From Nitrososphaeria archaeon (GTDB taxonomy: Archaea; Thermoproteota; Nitrososphaeria; JACIWG01): 64,000 nt of DNA. The notes beneath the pieces are model-generated. The model did no database searches and was not told where the DNA came from. It was given only the letters and a program-made list of their open reading frames with translations. This document shows positions 1-11,011 of the stretch, piece by piece. The position numbers and the translations under genes are program-made. Where the stretch lies: NCBI GenBank assembly GCA_050011875.1, contig JBEKIG010000007.1:1-64000 (forward strand), in the 5' to 3' direction. The number at the start of each line of letters is the position of its first letter. Positions within the stretch are counted from its first letter, which is position 1.

Positions 1-1392
1 CATTCCAGCGTTTTCAGCCAGAGTCAAAGGTATGACTTCCATGGCCTCTGCAAACTTTTGAACTGCAAGCTGCACCCTTCCTGAGAGAGTTTGAGCAAAT
101 TCAAACAGTTTTGAAGCGATCTCAGCTTCAGGAGCGCCGGCACCTAAAACGATTGAAGGCTCCATCATAACATCTTTAACAACACTCAGAGCATCGTGTA
201 TAGACCTTTCAGACTCCTCCACCACCCTCTGTGTTCCCCCTCTGATGAATAATGTCACCGACTTCGGGTTCTTGCATCCTTCAATAAAGATCCATTTGCC
301 TTCCTCAATCTTCCTCTCTTCAACATGCTTCGCATAGCCAAGGTCGTCAGCGCTCAAATCTTCTATGGTTGTGACAACTCTACCGCCGGTGGCTCTTGCA
401 AGCCTGTTCATGTCGCTCTCACTCGCCCTTCTGATAGAGAGTATTCCTGCCTTAGCCAGATAGTGCTGAGCTATATCGTCTAGGCCTTTCTGACAGATTA
501 GAACGTTTGCACCTGACTTAACAACTTTGTCAACCATACCCTTGAGCATTTGGTTTTCCTCGTCAAGGAACATCTTAATCTGTTCAGGATTATTGATGTT
601 GATCTTAGCATCAAACTCTGTCTTCTCTATTTCCAACGGCGAATTAAGTAACGCGATCTTAGCTTCAGATACACTTTTAGGCATGCCGCTGTGAACAACC
701 TCCTTATCTAAGGCTAAACCTTTAATCAGTTGGCTGTCCCTTGTAGAGCCTCCTGCCTTCTTCTCAACCTTCACATTATCTATGTCCACCCTGATCTTGC
801 CATCGTAATCTTCGGCAACTGAAAGCAAACCGTCGACGACAAGCGAAGCCATGAACTCCCCCTCTGAGGAAACCATCTTCGTATCCATGCTGGTTTTAGC
901 TACCTTAACAAGCCAATCCCTATCCTTTGGACTGACCTTTATAGCAACCGTCTTGAGGATTTGCCTAGCCTTTTCTAATGCTTTCATGTACCCGTCAACG
1001 ATGACCATAGGGTGAACATCCTTATCCATCAGTTCTTCAGCTCTCTCAAGAAGCGCGCCAGCTAAAACTACTGCGGAAGTTGTTCCGTCGCCTACTTCGT
1101 TGTCGGTTGCCTTAGCAATCTCGACCATCGCCTTCGCAGCCGGATGCTGTACATCGATATCCTTAAGGATAGTTGCTCCATCATCTGTTATAGTAACGTC
1201 ACCCATACCGTCCACTAACATCTTATCCATTCCACGTGGACCTAAGGATGATTTAACTAGCTCGGCCACTATCTTCGCGGCCATTATATTGTTTTTTTGC
1301 GCGTCCCTTCCCTTTGTTTTGGACGTGCCCTCCTTTAAGATCAAAACGGGTTGACCTGAGGAAGTCACACCCGACATTGCTGTTGTTGACAT
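1..1392 (-). CDS. ths: Thermosome (group II chaperonin) subunit, 3' end outside window
   Basis: Minus strand reads [22 protein letters not shown]...[10 protein letters not shown]...[11 protein letters not shown]; not in ORF track because it runs off the edge. Confidence 0.95.
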   Translation of the reverse strand, partial: MSTTAMSGVTSSGQPVLILKEGTSKTKGRDAQKNNIMAAKIVAELVKSSLGPRGMDKMLVDGMGDVTITDDGATILKDIDVQHPAAKAMVEIAKATDNEVGDGTTSAVVLAGALLERAEELMDKDVHPMVIVDGYMKALEKARQILKTVAIKVSPKDRDWLVKVAKTSMDTKMVSSEGEFMASLVVDGLLSVAEDYDGKIRVDIDNVKVEKKAGGSTRDSQLIKGLALDKEVVHSGMPKSVSEAKIALLNSPLEIEKTEFDAKININNPEQIKMFLDEENQMLKGMVDKVVKSGANVLICQKGLDDIAQHYLAKAGILSIRRASESDMNRLARATGGRVVTTIEDLSADDLGYAKHVEERKIEEGKWIFIEGCKNPKSVTLFIRGGTQRVVEESERSIHDALSVVKDVMMEPSIVLGAGAPEAEIASKLFEFAQTLSGRVQLAVQKFAEAMEVIPLTLAENAGM

Positions 1393-1736
1393 TACAAAAC
1401 ACCTAAAGTACATTATCTGCATTTTTAGAGCTTATAAGTCTTTATTATTCCATTCCATAAAGTTCGAAAGAATAGAATTATACATTTGATTCATCTCAGG
1501 GAAAACCTTTCAGATAATTGTTAAACCACCTATCTTCCATATTTTCGGAGGCTGTCAGTCTATCGTATAAACTGGGGTTCTATGTAAGTATTCCAAGCAT
1601 TTCTCTGACTTTAAGAGAGTCATTTCTAATATCGTATCTTTCTATCCTAGAGTTTCCAGATACCAAGAAAGTTGGTCAAAAAATCGAAAGCTTTTAAGCT
1701 ATCTAACAAGTTGTTAAATAGGTTAAGTGCGCTTAA

Positions 1737-3302
1737 ATGGACTGTTTCGAATCAGATGTTTTAGTTATCGGAGGGGGAATATCAGGATGTGTGGCTGCAC
1801 TTAAAGCGGCATCAAATGGATTAGAGGTCAAGATTCTGATAAAGGGTGATGGACCAGAGAAATCGAGCACCTTTCACGCCCAAGGGGGTATAGTCTACAA
1901 GGGGAAGGAAGGTGAACCTTCGCGATTGATAAAGGACATCGAGGCTGCAGGAGACGGTGTAAGTTATCCACCGGCAGTTCGAGTCTTGACATATGAAGGC
2001 CCTAGGCTTGTCAAAGAGATACTTATAGACCAAGCCCATGTACCCTTCGACAAAAATTCTGAAGGAGAGCTTGATCTAGCGAATGAAGCAGCCCATTCAA
2101 CTAGACGAATAATTCATGTTGCTGATTTAACAGGAAAAGCTATAGAAACAGGGCTAATGAATCTGGTTAAAGAAAGTAAAAATATAACAATTTTTCCTGA
2201 AAGAGTTGCAATAGACTTGTTGACTGGGGAACATCACACCGATGACCCTTTAGCAGTTTACAAGAATCCGACATGTTTAGGAACTTACGTTTATAACGCT
2301 AAAAGAAATAAAGTTGACCTTTTCCTGGCAAAGGTAACCGTTCTCGCAACAGGCGGACTCGGCCGTATTTACCTGTTCACAACCAATCCTGAAGAAGCTA
2401 CAGGGGATGGGTTTGCGATGGCGTATAGGGCGGGAGCTAGACTGATAAACATGGAATATGTGCAATTCCATCCGACCGCGTTCTGTTACAAGGAAGCAGA
2501 ATGTTTCCTAATAACTGAAGCTGTTAGAGGAGAGGGAGGCGTGCTAAAGACACCCGATGGACTAACCTTTATGGAAAAATACCATCAACTAGGCTCTCTT
2601 GCGCCTAGAGATGTAGTCGCTAGGGCCATCTACGAAGAAATGTTCGAAGGCAAATATTCGTACATGATGCTGGATCTCGCATCTTACATGAAGGCGGGTA
2701 AAATACGAAAACGCTTTCCAACCGTGTATAAAACGTGCATGGAGTATGGTGTAGACATGACCGAACAGCCAATTCCTGTTGTTCCCGCAGCTCATTTCGC
2801 ATGTGGTGGAGTGAAGGTTGACCTTTGGGGTAGAACAAACGTAGACCGGCTCTTCGCTGTCGGAGAAGTATCATGTACCGGAGTTCATGGAGCCAACCGT
2901 TTGGCAAGCACTTCAATGCTGGAGGGGCTCGTTTGGGCTGATAGGGCCGTAAGAAAGATGGTGGAACGAAAACAGTACTACTTCAATTACAGGTCTCCTA
3001 CTGTTAGAGAATGGATTTATACAGGTAATGAGACACCTGATCCGGCACTTATTCAACATGACATGAATGTCCTCAGATATACCATGTGGAATTATGTAGG
3101 CTTGGTAAGGACTAGGGACAGACTTAAGAGAGCTATTGCAGATCTTGAGCAACTCAATGAAGATTTAGAGAATTTTTACCGCCACTCCATGTTGACCAAA
3201 GACCTTATAGAGTTAAGAGACGCCATACAGACGGGGTTGATCGTAGCGCATTCAGCTTGGACGAACAGACACAGTAGAGGCTGCCATTTCAGAAAGAGTT
3301 GA
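1737..3302 (+). CDS. nadB: L-aspartate oxidase
   Basis: FAD motif [33 protein letters not shown]; upstream of nadC. Confidence 0.95.
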   Translation: MDCFESDVLVIGGGISGCVAALKAASNGLEVKILIKGDGPEKSSTFHAQGGIVYKGKEGEPSRLIKDIEAAGDGVSYPPAVRVLTYEGPRLVKEILIDQAHVPFDKNSEGELDLANEAAHSTRRIIHVADLTGKAIETGLMNLVKESKNITIFPERVAIDLLTGEHHTDDPLAVYKNPTCLGTYVYNAKRNKVDLFLAKVTVLATGGLGRIYLFTTNPEEATGDGFAMAYRAGARLINMEYVQFHPTAFCYKEAECFLITEAVRGEGGVLKTPDGLTFMEKYHQLGSLAPRDVVARAIYEEMFEGKYSYMMLDLASYMKAGKIRKRFPTVYKTCMEYGVDMTEQPIPVVPAAHFACGGVKVDLWGRTNVDRLFAVGEVSCTGVHGANRLASTSMLEGLVWADRAVRKMVERKQYYFNYRSPTVREWIYTGNETPDPALIQHDMNVLRYTMWNYVGLVRTRDRLKRAIADLEQLNEDLENFYRHSMLTKDLIELRDAIQTGLIVAHSAWTNRHSRGCHFRKS

Positions 3303-3623
3303 TTGCGAGCTAGTTAAAGAAACAATTAAATTTAAAAAAGAATTTGAAGGCGATAATAATGGCCCAAAACTGCCATCTCTCTAAAGTTCAAGAGATTGAA
3401 GATTCCATTGTCTTCGAATATGATGCGACATACGGATTGAACAAACTCTACCCAAATAAAGAATTCAGCCAAGCAGGGATAAAGCCTTATGCCTAGTACG
3501 CGCCACATAACACTAGAAAAGGTATGGGAATCCTTAAAATATAAAAGAAACATCATGCAAGTTGGCAAGGAAATTGCACAAATGGTTAAGGGATCAAATT
3601 AAAGGATGTTTGAACTGACATGA
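3303..3623 (+). pseudogene. nadA: Quinolinate synthase remnant (N- and C-termini only)
   Basis: ELVKETIKFKKEF/KAIIMAQNCHLSKVQEIED resembles the NadA N-terminus and LYPNKEF.../ITLEKVWESLK...*RMFELT its C-terminus; frameshifts, stops, centre missing; ATGA overlap with nadC. Confidence 0.85.
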
Positions 3624-4441
3624 CAACCTTATTTGAAAGACTGCTAGAGGACGATACAGGCTTTGGTGACATAACAAGTGAAGTCGCCATCCCTGAAGAT
3701 TTGGACGCGCATTCTAGAGTGATAGCGAAGGAAGAAGGCTTAGTTGCAGGATTAAAGTACCTAAGTGGGTGCGTAGATAAATTTGGCCTAAATGTCATTC
3801 TTCTGAAAAAAGATGGAGAATCCGTTAAAAAAGGCGAGGTAATCGCTCTCATCGATGGTAAAGCAAGAAAAATACTTTTGATGGAAAGAACATTTCTAAA
3901 CATACTTGGAAGGATGAGTGGGATCGCAACGGCTACAAGAAGAGTAGTTGACAAGGCCAAAAACGTGAACCCTAATGTCAGGATTGCTGCTACGAGGAAA
4001 ACGCTTCTAGGGCAACTGGATAAGATTGCTGTGATAATTGGAGGAGGTGATCCCCACCGGTGGAGCCTATCGGACCATGTTCTGATAAAGGATAACCATA
4101 TAGCTTTAGTTGGTTTAGATGAGGCTGTAAGAAGAGCGAAGAGAACATCCTTCATCAGAAAAATTGAAGTTGAAGTCGAAAAAGTGGATGACACGGTCAA
4201 AGCCGTGAATCTGGGTGTGGATATAATATTATTGGATAACTTCAAACCTGAGCAGGTTTCCCAAGCAATTAAGCTGTTAAAAAGTCGAGGTCTAAGAAAA
4301 AAGATTCTCATAGAAGTCTCTGGTGGCATAAATGAAGAAAACGTGGCCGATTATGCCAGATATGATGTCGACATAATATCTATGGGCTCTTTAACGCACT
4401 CGGTTAAGAATATGGACTTTTCTATGGAAACGGGTCTTTAA
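3620..4441 (+). CDS. nadC: Nicotinate-nucleotide diphosphorylase (quinolinate phosphoribosyltransferase)
   Basis: GDITS, ATRKT, LIKDNHI, EVEVE, LLDNF, SGGI motifs. Confidence 0.96.
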   Translation: MTTLFERLLEDDTGFGDITSEVAIPEDLDAHSRVIAKEEGLVAGLKYLSGCVDKFGLNVILLKKDGESVKKGEVIALIDGKARKILLMERTFLNILGRMSGIATATRRVVDKAKNVNPNVRIAATRKTLLGQLDKIAVIIGGGDPHRWSLSDHVLIKDNHIALVGLDEAVRRAKRTSFIRKIEVEVEKVDDTVKAVNLGVDIILLDNFKPEQVSQAIKLLKSRGLRKKILIEVSGGINEENVADYARYDVDIISMGSLTHSVKNMDFSMETGL

Positions 4442-4523
4442 CAAAGGAGAATACGACATCATATAGTCTAATGATAAACGCAGTTGTAAAGGATAAAACC
4501 TGGAGCGATCTTAAAATGGGAGA

Positions 4524-4632
4524 TGCAGGGGGTGGGATTTGAACCCACGGAGACCTTCGTCAGCGGATCTTAAGTCCGCCCCCTTTAGCCGCTTGCGCTG
4601 ACGGAGCTTTGGCCTGTCTTGGGAACCCCTGC
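4524..4632 (-). tRNA. tRNA-Leu(TAA) with 24-nt intron at 21/22 (4585-4608)
   Basis: Acceptor GCAGGGG/CCCCTGC, anticodon arm GCGGA-CTTAAGA-TCCGC, long variable arm, TTCAAAT T-loop; BHB-like GGCC-AAA / GGCT-AAA at intron ends; mature length 85 nt. Confidence 0.92.
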
Positions 4633-4684
4633 ACGTTGCCGTTGCTTTTGGAAATAGTTTCTTATAAGATTAGAGGTTCACAAC

Positions 4685-4867
4685 TTAGCTTTCGATTGTT
4701 ATAGCACTATTGGGGCACTGTACTTCGCACGCTCTGCATCCGATGCAAGCTTCAGGGTTTACTGCCACTACCCTACCTTTTTTAATTTCGTAAACTCCAA
4801 CAGGGCATACGCCAACGCACGTCCTGTCACCCGAACATTTACTTGGATCTATTTTCTGCTGGGGCAT
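4685..4867 (-). CDS. 2x[4Fe-4S]-type ferredoxin
   Basis: CSGDRTCVGVCP and CIGCRACEVQCP. Confidence 0.9.
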   Translation of the reverse strand: MPQQKIDPSKCSGDRTCVGVCPVGVYEIKKGRVVAVNPEACIGCRACEVQCPNSAITIES

Positions 4868-4909
4868 TTTTTTGTCATCTTGGCTTCTTTTTTGAAAAAT
4901 TTAAATCTT

Positions 4910-6544
4910 TTAGATCGTGCTTATTTCTTCTTCGATTTCCTTCCTTATTGAATCAAGTTTCTTTATCGATTCAGACCTTCTTTTATTAAATTCGTCCTTT
5001 CCAATCTTCCCTGATTGCAGGCCGTCGTAGTCGCTTACAACCACTTTTAGAGCTTGGTCGAGGTCTCTGTTAAGGCGAATTACCCTTTCTAGCTGCTTCC
5101 TTTCAGGGTTCTCTTTCTCTAAGTCTTCTGTTATTCTTAAAAGGCTGTTGTTCATCTGGCTTGCTCTGCTAAGATATTCCTGTTTTAAGACGTTGAATCT
5201 TTGTTTTATTGTCTGACCAGTTCTTCTCTCTTCATATAATTCTAAAGTCGAACTTACGAGTTGAAGCTTATCCTGAACAGTATCAAAGAACTCTGAAGAG
5301 TATTCCTTTTCTTTACCTTCCTCCCTCTGGAATAGAGAGAAAGCACCTAGAATAATTATCAACACGATCAAACCTATAGGTACAATAGTTGTTGTAGACC
5401 AGAAAAGTTGAGGTTCGTACTCTATAATGAGACTTCCCCCCGTATACCTATCAGCATTTAAGAATGTCTTCATGGATGGTTGTTTTGGAGCTATGCCATC
5501 AGAGAAGTCTGCTTTTATAGTATACTCATTAATGATCGCATCCAAAGGAGGAAAAGTGGTTATATTTCCTACGTATTTTCCGTTGACAAACCTTATCATC
5601 CCTTCTGGAGCAGGATACGTTATCGTAAAAGTGTAGGTTTCGTTGAACATTAATTCCTTATCAAGCAAGAATTGTTGATTAGGACCTAAGTTGGAGCTTT
5701 TATCTGGGCCAATTGGCTCTACGACACTGACGCTTAAAAGGTCAGGATTAAGAAGAGCGAGATTAAGTGATGTTACGTTTTTCTGTGACAAGTTCTTCAG
5801 TTGGATCGTGTCTGAAACTAATATTGAGCCGTCATCGTTGACTTGAAGCGTTCTCTCCGCTTGAGGAACGTCTATCAAAAGTACATTGGATGTAGGATCT
5901 ACGCCTAAGGTCAAATTCTGATAGTTATATGTCCCCGCAACTGTATTGTTATAGTTCCTGCTGTAGACCATCTGATCAGCCAGATTTGTCGTATTTTGAT
6001 AACCTGTCAGGTTCGTGAACGCTGCACCCGGAGGCAAGTACATTTTCGAAACTATTTTTAAGCCGCCTAGATTAACTCCAGGATAAAGTGTAAGGTAAGC
6101 GTAGAATAACTTAGCACTCTCAGATGAGATTAGATCATGAGCAGAAAATGTCACTGACAAGTTGTATTCTACGCTTGGGTTTATTGTCATATCCTTTGTT
6201 GGAGCCAATCTTATGATGGTTAAGTTGCTCACATTAGAAAATGAAACTTGGAAGTTTGGGTCGGAGACAGAGTCCACCGACATTCTGTTATAGTATTGAC
6301 CCGGATATGTCATAGCTATTTCTGGAATTAACACTTGGCTTGTACCATTATTTTCTAAGGTAAAGGTGTCATTTATATAAAGTTGGCCATAATTATTAAT
6401 TTCAATGCTGTGACTGAGCTGACTGTAGTAGTCTATAGATGATAAGGCGTGACATGGCATAAAGTTCAGATTTATCGTTAAAATGGATAATAGTAATAAT
6501 ATTAATACGGCTGGAGCGAGTCTAAACTTTCTTAACTTTAGCAC
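4910..6544 (-). CDS. Single-pass membrane protein with ribophorin-I-like architecture
   Basis: Signal peptide, two related beta-rich domains with many NxS/T sequons, one TM helix, helical C-terminal cytoplasmic domain. Confidence 0.6.
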   Translation of the reverse strand: MLKLRKFRLAPAVLILLLLSILTINLNFMPCHALSSIDYYSQLSHSIEINNYGQLYINDTFTLENNGTSQVLIPEIAMTYPGQYYNRMSVDSVSDPNFQVSFSNVSNLTIIRLAPTKDMTINPSVEYNLSVTFSAHDLISSESAKLFYAYLTLYPGVNLGGLKIVSKMYLPPGAAFTNLTGYQNTTNLADQMVYSRNYNNTVAGTYNYQNLTLGVDPTSNVLLIDVPQAERTLQVNDDGSILVSDTIQLKNLSQKNVTSLNLALLNPDLLSVSVVEPIGPDKSSNLGPNQQFLLDKELMFNETYTFTITYPAPEGMIRFVNGKYVGNITTFPPLDAIINEYTIKADFSDGIAPKQPSMKTFLNADRYTGGSLIIEYEPQLFWSTTTIVPIGLIVLIIILGAFSLFQREEGKEKEYSSEFFDTVQDKLQLVSSTLELYEERRTGQTIKQRFNVLKQEYLSRASQMNNSLLRITEDLEKENPERKQLERVIRLNRDLDQALKVVVSDYDGLQSGKIGKDEFNKRRSESIKKLDSIRKEIEEEISTI

Positions 6545-6591
6545 GGCAGGTAATACAAGAAATTAATTTTAAAAGTTTCTTATGCGGCTAG

Positions 6592-7977
6592 ATGAGGGTG
6601 AGAAAGTTGGCAAAGTTCGTAAAGGAATACACCGAGGAAAAGCTGATGGATATCCTTAACAGGACGGGTGTTAAAAGCGTAGATGAACTCTTTAGAGATG
6701 TGCCAAGTAGGATAGTTCTGGGTGGAGAGCTTAACCTGCCAGCGCCGTTAAATGATAAGGATGTCGAATCATACGTTGAAAAGGCTTTAGATAAAAACAA
6801 GGTTCTAGGAGAATATCTAGTGTTCTTGGGGGGAGGGTTGCCCTATCACTATGTCCCAGCGGCGGTAGAAGCTATAGTTTCAAGAAGCGAATTCTATACC
6901 GCTTATACACCATACCAGCCCGAAATCTCACAGGGCATGTTGCAGGCTCTCTTCGAATACCAGAGCATAATATGTGATTTAACGGGCATGGACGTTGCTA
7001 ACAGCTCGATGTACGATTGGGCGACCTCAGCAGCAGAGGCAATCAGAATGGCTACAAGGGTCAAAGGAAATAAGAGGGTGCTCTTGGGAGGTAACATCGG
7101 ATCCGAGAGAAAGAAGGTTATAAGGACATACTTAGAGCCTCTTAATATAGAAGTCTTAGAGGTAGAGTATTCACAAGAAAGTGGCAGAATCGATCTTTCA
7201 GACCTAGAGAAAAAGGCTTATGGCACCTCATGCTTATATTTAGAGAACCCTAACTTTTTTGGAGTTTTGGAGAAAGAAATCTCAAAGGCTGCAGAACTTG
7301 TTCACGATAACAATGGGTTGTTTGTTGTCGGCTTCGACCCTGTAAGCCTCGCCATCGTGAAACCCCCTAAAGAGTATAACGCGGATATCGTTGTGGGGGA
7401 GGGACAGTCCCTGGGAGGTGCACTTAACTTTGGCGGCCCATCTCTAGGCATACTCGCATGCAGAGAAGACCCGCTTCTTGTAAGGCAGATGCCTGGAAGG
7501 ATTATTGGAATAACAACCGATCTGGCTAACACCCAAAGGGGCTTCACAATGGTTCTTCAGACTAGGGAGCAGCACATCAGAAGGGAGCAAGCGACATCGA
7601 ACATCTGCTCAAACGAGGCGCTGATGGCTGTCGGAGCACTATCGTATTTGGCGATATTAGGTTCAGAAGGATTAAGGAGCTTGGCGCTAGAAATTTACGA
7701 GAGAGCTCACTACGCGAGTAAAAGACTTGCTGAAGTGACGGATACAGTGGCGCCCTACTTTTCGGGGGAATTCTTCCAAGAGTTTACTACAAAATTTGGT
7801 GGTAGAGAGCTAGATGTAATCTTCAATAGTCTGCTTAAAAGAAGAATTATCCCGGGAATAACGCTCGGCAAGGATTTTCCTGGACTTGAAAACGTCCTGC
7901 TGTCTTGCTTCACAGAAGTTCACAGTGTAGAAGATATAGATATATTTGTAGAAGCTGTTAAAGAGGTGACAGCATAA
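6592..7977 (+). CDS. gcvPA: Glycine dehydrogenase (decarboxylating) subunit A
   Basis: FYTAYTPYQPEISQG, ANSSMYD, TREQHIRREQATSNIC. Confidence 0.96.
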   Translation: MRVRKLAKFVKEYTEEKLMDILNRTGVKSVDELFRDVPSRIVLGGELNLPAPLNDKDVESYVEKALDKNKVLGEYLVFLGGGLPYHYVPAAVEAIVSRSEFYTAYTPYQPEISQGMLQALFEYQSIICDLTGMDVANSSMYDWATSAAEAIRMATRVKGNKRVLLGGNIGSERKKVIRTYLEPLNIEVLEVEYSQESGRIDLSDLEKKAYGTSCLYLENPNFFGVLEKEISKAAELVHDNNGLFVVGFDPVSLAIVKPPKEYNADIVVGEGQSLGGALNFGGPSLGILACREDPLLVRQMPGRIIGITTDLANTQRGFTMVLQTREQHIRREQATSNICSNEALMAVGALSYLAILGSEGLRSLALEIYERAHYASKRLAEVTDTVAPYFSGEFFQEFTTKFGGRELDVIFNSLLKRRIIPGITLGKDFPGLENVLLSCFTEVHSVEDIDIFVEAVKEVTA

Positions 7978-7978
7978 G

Positions 7979-9448
7979 ATGTTCAAGCAGGCAAAATGGA
8001 GTGAGCCGCTGCTAAATGAGCTATCTGATAATACGTGCCCATCCGGGGATACTATACCACAAGGCTTCCCTAAAGAACTCTACAGACAAGAGCTTGCTCT
8101 GCCGAACATTCAGGAACCGAGAGTAGTAAGACACTTTGTTAGACTGTCACAGATGAATTTTGCGGTAGACTTGGGATCGTACCCCCTTGGGAGCTGCACG
8201 ATGAAGTACAACCCAAAAATTGCTGATAGAATCGTGTCTAACAAGAAGTTAAAATACGTACATCCACTACAGCCAAATGAAACTTGCCAAGGAATATTGC
8301 AAATACTCTATGAACTATCTCAGTACTTAATAGAGATTACAGGCACCAGTAAGGCTAGCTTAGTTCCATCTGCAGGTGCACATGGAGAACTCGTTGGCAC
8401 ACTTATGATTAGAAAGGCCATCAAAGATAAAGGAGAAGTCTTTACAAGGAAGGAGATGCTTATACCCGACTCTGCCCACGGCACCAACCCTGCAAGCGCT
8501 TCGATGGCCGGCTTCAAAGTTGTGAAAATACCGTCAGACAAAGAAGGCTTAATAGACGTTGACGCCTTAAAGAGCACAGTCGGAAAAATCACAGCTGGAA
8601 TCATGCTGACGGTCCCTAACACACTTGGATTATTTGAAAAAAACATCCTTGACGTAGTTAAGATAGTCAAAGAAGCTGGTGGGTACGCGTACTACGATGG
8701 AGCCAACCTCAACGCTCTCTTGGGCAAGGTCAAGCCAAAAGATATGGGTTTCGATATAGTTCATTTGAACCTCCACAAGACATTTGCCACACCACATGGA
8801 GGTGGAGGCCCAGGCGCAGGCCCAATCTGTGTGTCAAAAGAGGTTGAGGACTATCTCCCCGTTCCCTTAGTTGAACATGATGCCGGCAACTATTTCCTAT
8901 CGTACGATCATCCTAAAAGCATTGGTCATGTCAAGGGATTTATGGGAAACATAAGCATACTGGTCAGAGCCTATACGTACATCAGACTTCTTGGAGGGAA
9001 GGGGTTGAAGGAAGTTTCGGAGAGAGCAGTTCTCAACGCAAATTATCTATTATCGTTATTGGATCGGGAGTTTTATGACGTACCCTACGGTATGAGCGCA
9101 CCGAGAAAACATGAGTTTGTTGTGAAAGTTTCGGAGAAACTGATTGCCAAAGGTGTTACGACAAAGGACATCGCAAAGGCGCTATTAGACTATGGCGTTC
9201 ACGCACCAACCATATATTTCCCGTTGGTGGTAGAAGAAGCTCTGATGATTGAGCCCACGGAAACAGAAAGCTTTGATGAAGTAGAAGCCTACGCCAAGAT
9301 AATGAACGAAGTCGCGTCAAGAGCGTATAGCAGTCCCGAAAGTGTACACGGAGCACCATATAATACAAGCATAGGCAGGCTAGATGAAGTTAAGGCATCA
9401 CACCCGAGGACTTTACGGATGAACTGGAGGAATACCGGAAAAGACTAA
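7979..9448 (+). CDS. gcvPB: Glycine dehydrogenase (decarboxylating) subunit B
   Basis: YPLGSCTMKYNP, SAHGTNPASA, HLNLHKTFATPHGGGGPG. Confidence 0.96.
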   Translation: MFKQAKWSEPLLNELSDNTCPSGDTIPQGFPKELYRQELALPNIQEPRVVRHFVRLSQMNFAVDLGSYPLGSCTMKYNPKIADRIVSNKKLKYVHPLQPNETCQGILQILYELSQYLIEITGTSKASLVPSAGAHGELVGTLMIRKAIKDKGEVFTRKEMLIPDSAHGTNPASASMAGFKVVKIPSDKEGLIDVDALKSTVGKITAGIMLTVPNTLGLFEKNILDVVKIVKEAGGYAYYDGANLNALLGKVKPKDMGFDIVHLNLHKTFATPHGGGGPGAGPICVSKEVEDYLPVPLVEHDAGNYFLSYDHPKSIGHVKGFMGNISILVRAYTYIRLLGGKGLKEVSERAVLNANYLLSLLDREFYDVPYGMSAPRKHEFVVKVSEKLIAKGVTTKDIAKALLDYGVHAPTIYFPLVVEEALMIEPTETESFDEVEAYAKIMNEVASRAYSSPESVHGAPYNTSIGRLDEVKASHPRTLRMNWRNTGKD

Positions 9449-9522
9449 GAGGAAAGCAGGTCTGAAAAACTTATTGAGAGGAGACGTCAGCCATAAGAAA
9501 AGTTCTAACAGGTGTTGAATGG

Positions 9523-10812
9523 ATGCGCCCCAAGATATTCTTTGAGACATATGGATGCCCGTACAATAAAGCGGACACAAAAATAATGGAAAACATTGTT
9601 TCGAAAAAGTTCGACATCACAGATGACGTTGAACGATCAGACATCATAATATTGAACACATGTTACGTAAAAACACCAACAGAAAACAGAATAGTTAACA
9701 GGATAAAAGAACTTGCGAGAAGATTTCCTGAAAAGAAAATGGTGGTTGCAGGCTGTATGACGATAGTTGATAAAGAGAGAGTTCTTTTATCAAATCCTAG
9801 AGCATCACTTCTAGGGCCTCAAAATGTTGATCGTATCGAAGAAGTAATTGAGAAATCCCTTTTAGGCGAGAGTTCAACATTCTTAAACCATAGAAGGGTT
9901 GATAAAAGTAGGCTGCCTAAACTCTGGAAAAAGAACGATGTAATTAGAATTGTACCCGTATGCGAAGGGTGCTCAGACAACTGTAATTATTGCTGTACAA
10001 GAATAGCGCGCGGATCAATATTTTCATTTGACACCGGAAGCATAGTGAGGGAGGTCTTAGAAGGAGTCCAAGATGGTGCGAAGGAATTCTGGCTTTCAGC
10101 ACAGGATACGGGTGCCTATGGACTTGATAAAGGGAACGATCTGGCTGATTTAATAAATAAGGTCGCCGGAGTGGATGGAGAATTCTTCATTAGAGTTGGC
10201 ATGATGAATGCCAATCATGCCATTAAAATCTTGGAGAAACTTATCCGAGCGTATAAAAGCCCTAAGGTCTTCAAGTTTCTCCATTTACCTGTGCAAAGCG
10301 GTAGCGATAAAATTTTGATGGCCATGCGGAGGAGATATGAGATTGGGGAAGCAGAAAAGGTTATAGAATATTTTAGAAAGGAGTTTCCAATGATCACGTT
10401 TGCAACGGACATTATTGTAGGCTATCCTGGGGAAACAGATGAAGACTTTAGCAATACCCTAGAGTTTCTTAAGAGAACAAGGCCAGATGTAGTCAATTTG
10501 TCAAAGTTTGGAAAAAGGCCCGGAACTATAGTTAACCAAGGCAAAGAATACGATTTGAATAAGGTTAAAGAAAGAACAAGAATAGCTCATGATGTTACGT
10601 CAAGGTTGCAGATGCAAGGATATTTTAGGTGGGTGGGGTGGTATGGCAAAGTCCTCATCGACGAATACATAGGAGCTGATAGCGTTGGCAGAAATGACCA
10701 TTACAAGAATGTCGTTATAAAGGAGAATATTCCGCTTGGGACTATGGTTGACGTGGAAGTTGTTGAAGCACATAAACACTTCCTTCTCGGAAAAGTGGAA
10801 GGTGTCCGATAA
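9523..10812 (+). CDS. tRNA t6A37 methylthiotransferase (radical SAM, e-MtaB/MiaB family)
   Basis: ETYGCPYN, LNTC, AGC, GCSDNCNYC, HLPVQSGSD, C-terminal TRAM domain. Confidence 0.88.
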   Translation: MRPKIFFETYGCPYNKADTKIMENIVSKKFDITDDVERSDIIILNTCYVKTPTENRIVNRIKELARRFPEKKMVVAGCMTIVDKERVLLSNPRASLLGPQNVDRIEEVIEKSLLGESSTFLNHRRVDKSRLPKLWKKNDVIRIVPVCEGCSDNCNYCCTRIARGSIFSFDTGSIVREVLEGVQDGAKEFWLSAQDTGAYGLDKGNDLADLINKVAGVDGEFFIRVGMMNANHAIKILEKLIRAYKSPKVFKFLHLPVQSGSDKILMAMRRRYEIGEAEKVIEYFRKEFPMITFATDIIVGYPGETDEDFSNTLEFLKRTRPDVVNLSKFGKRPGTIVNQGKEYDLNKVKERTRIAHDVTSRLQMQGYFRWVGWYGKVLIDEYIGADSVGRNDHYKNVVIKENIPLGTMVDVEVVEAHKHFLLGKVEGVR

Positions 10813-11011
10813 TCAAAGTCGCATCAATTTTGGAGTTCACTGTCATATAAGACGTATTATGCAAACAGCTTTTTTCCTTCTATTTGTTTTTTCTTGTTAG
10901 CATCTTGGCGGGTATTCAATGAGACAAGACCGTTGTATAATTTTTTCTACTGGAAATTGGGATTTTTTGTCATATAACGTTAAGTTGGTCAGATACAACC
11001 TTTGTCTTGTA

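Noticed and set aside
3586-4329. Long antisense ORFs (also 50712-51374, 55883-56272, 61651-62013 and others)
   Set aside because: Codon-mirror shadows of well-supported genes on the opposite strand, with no motifs.
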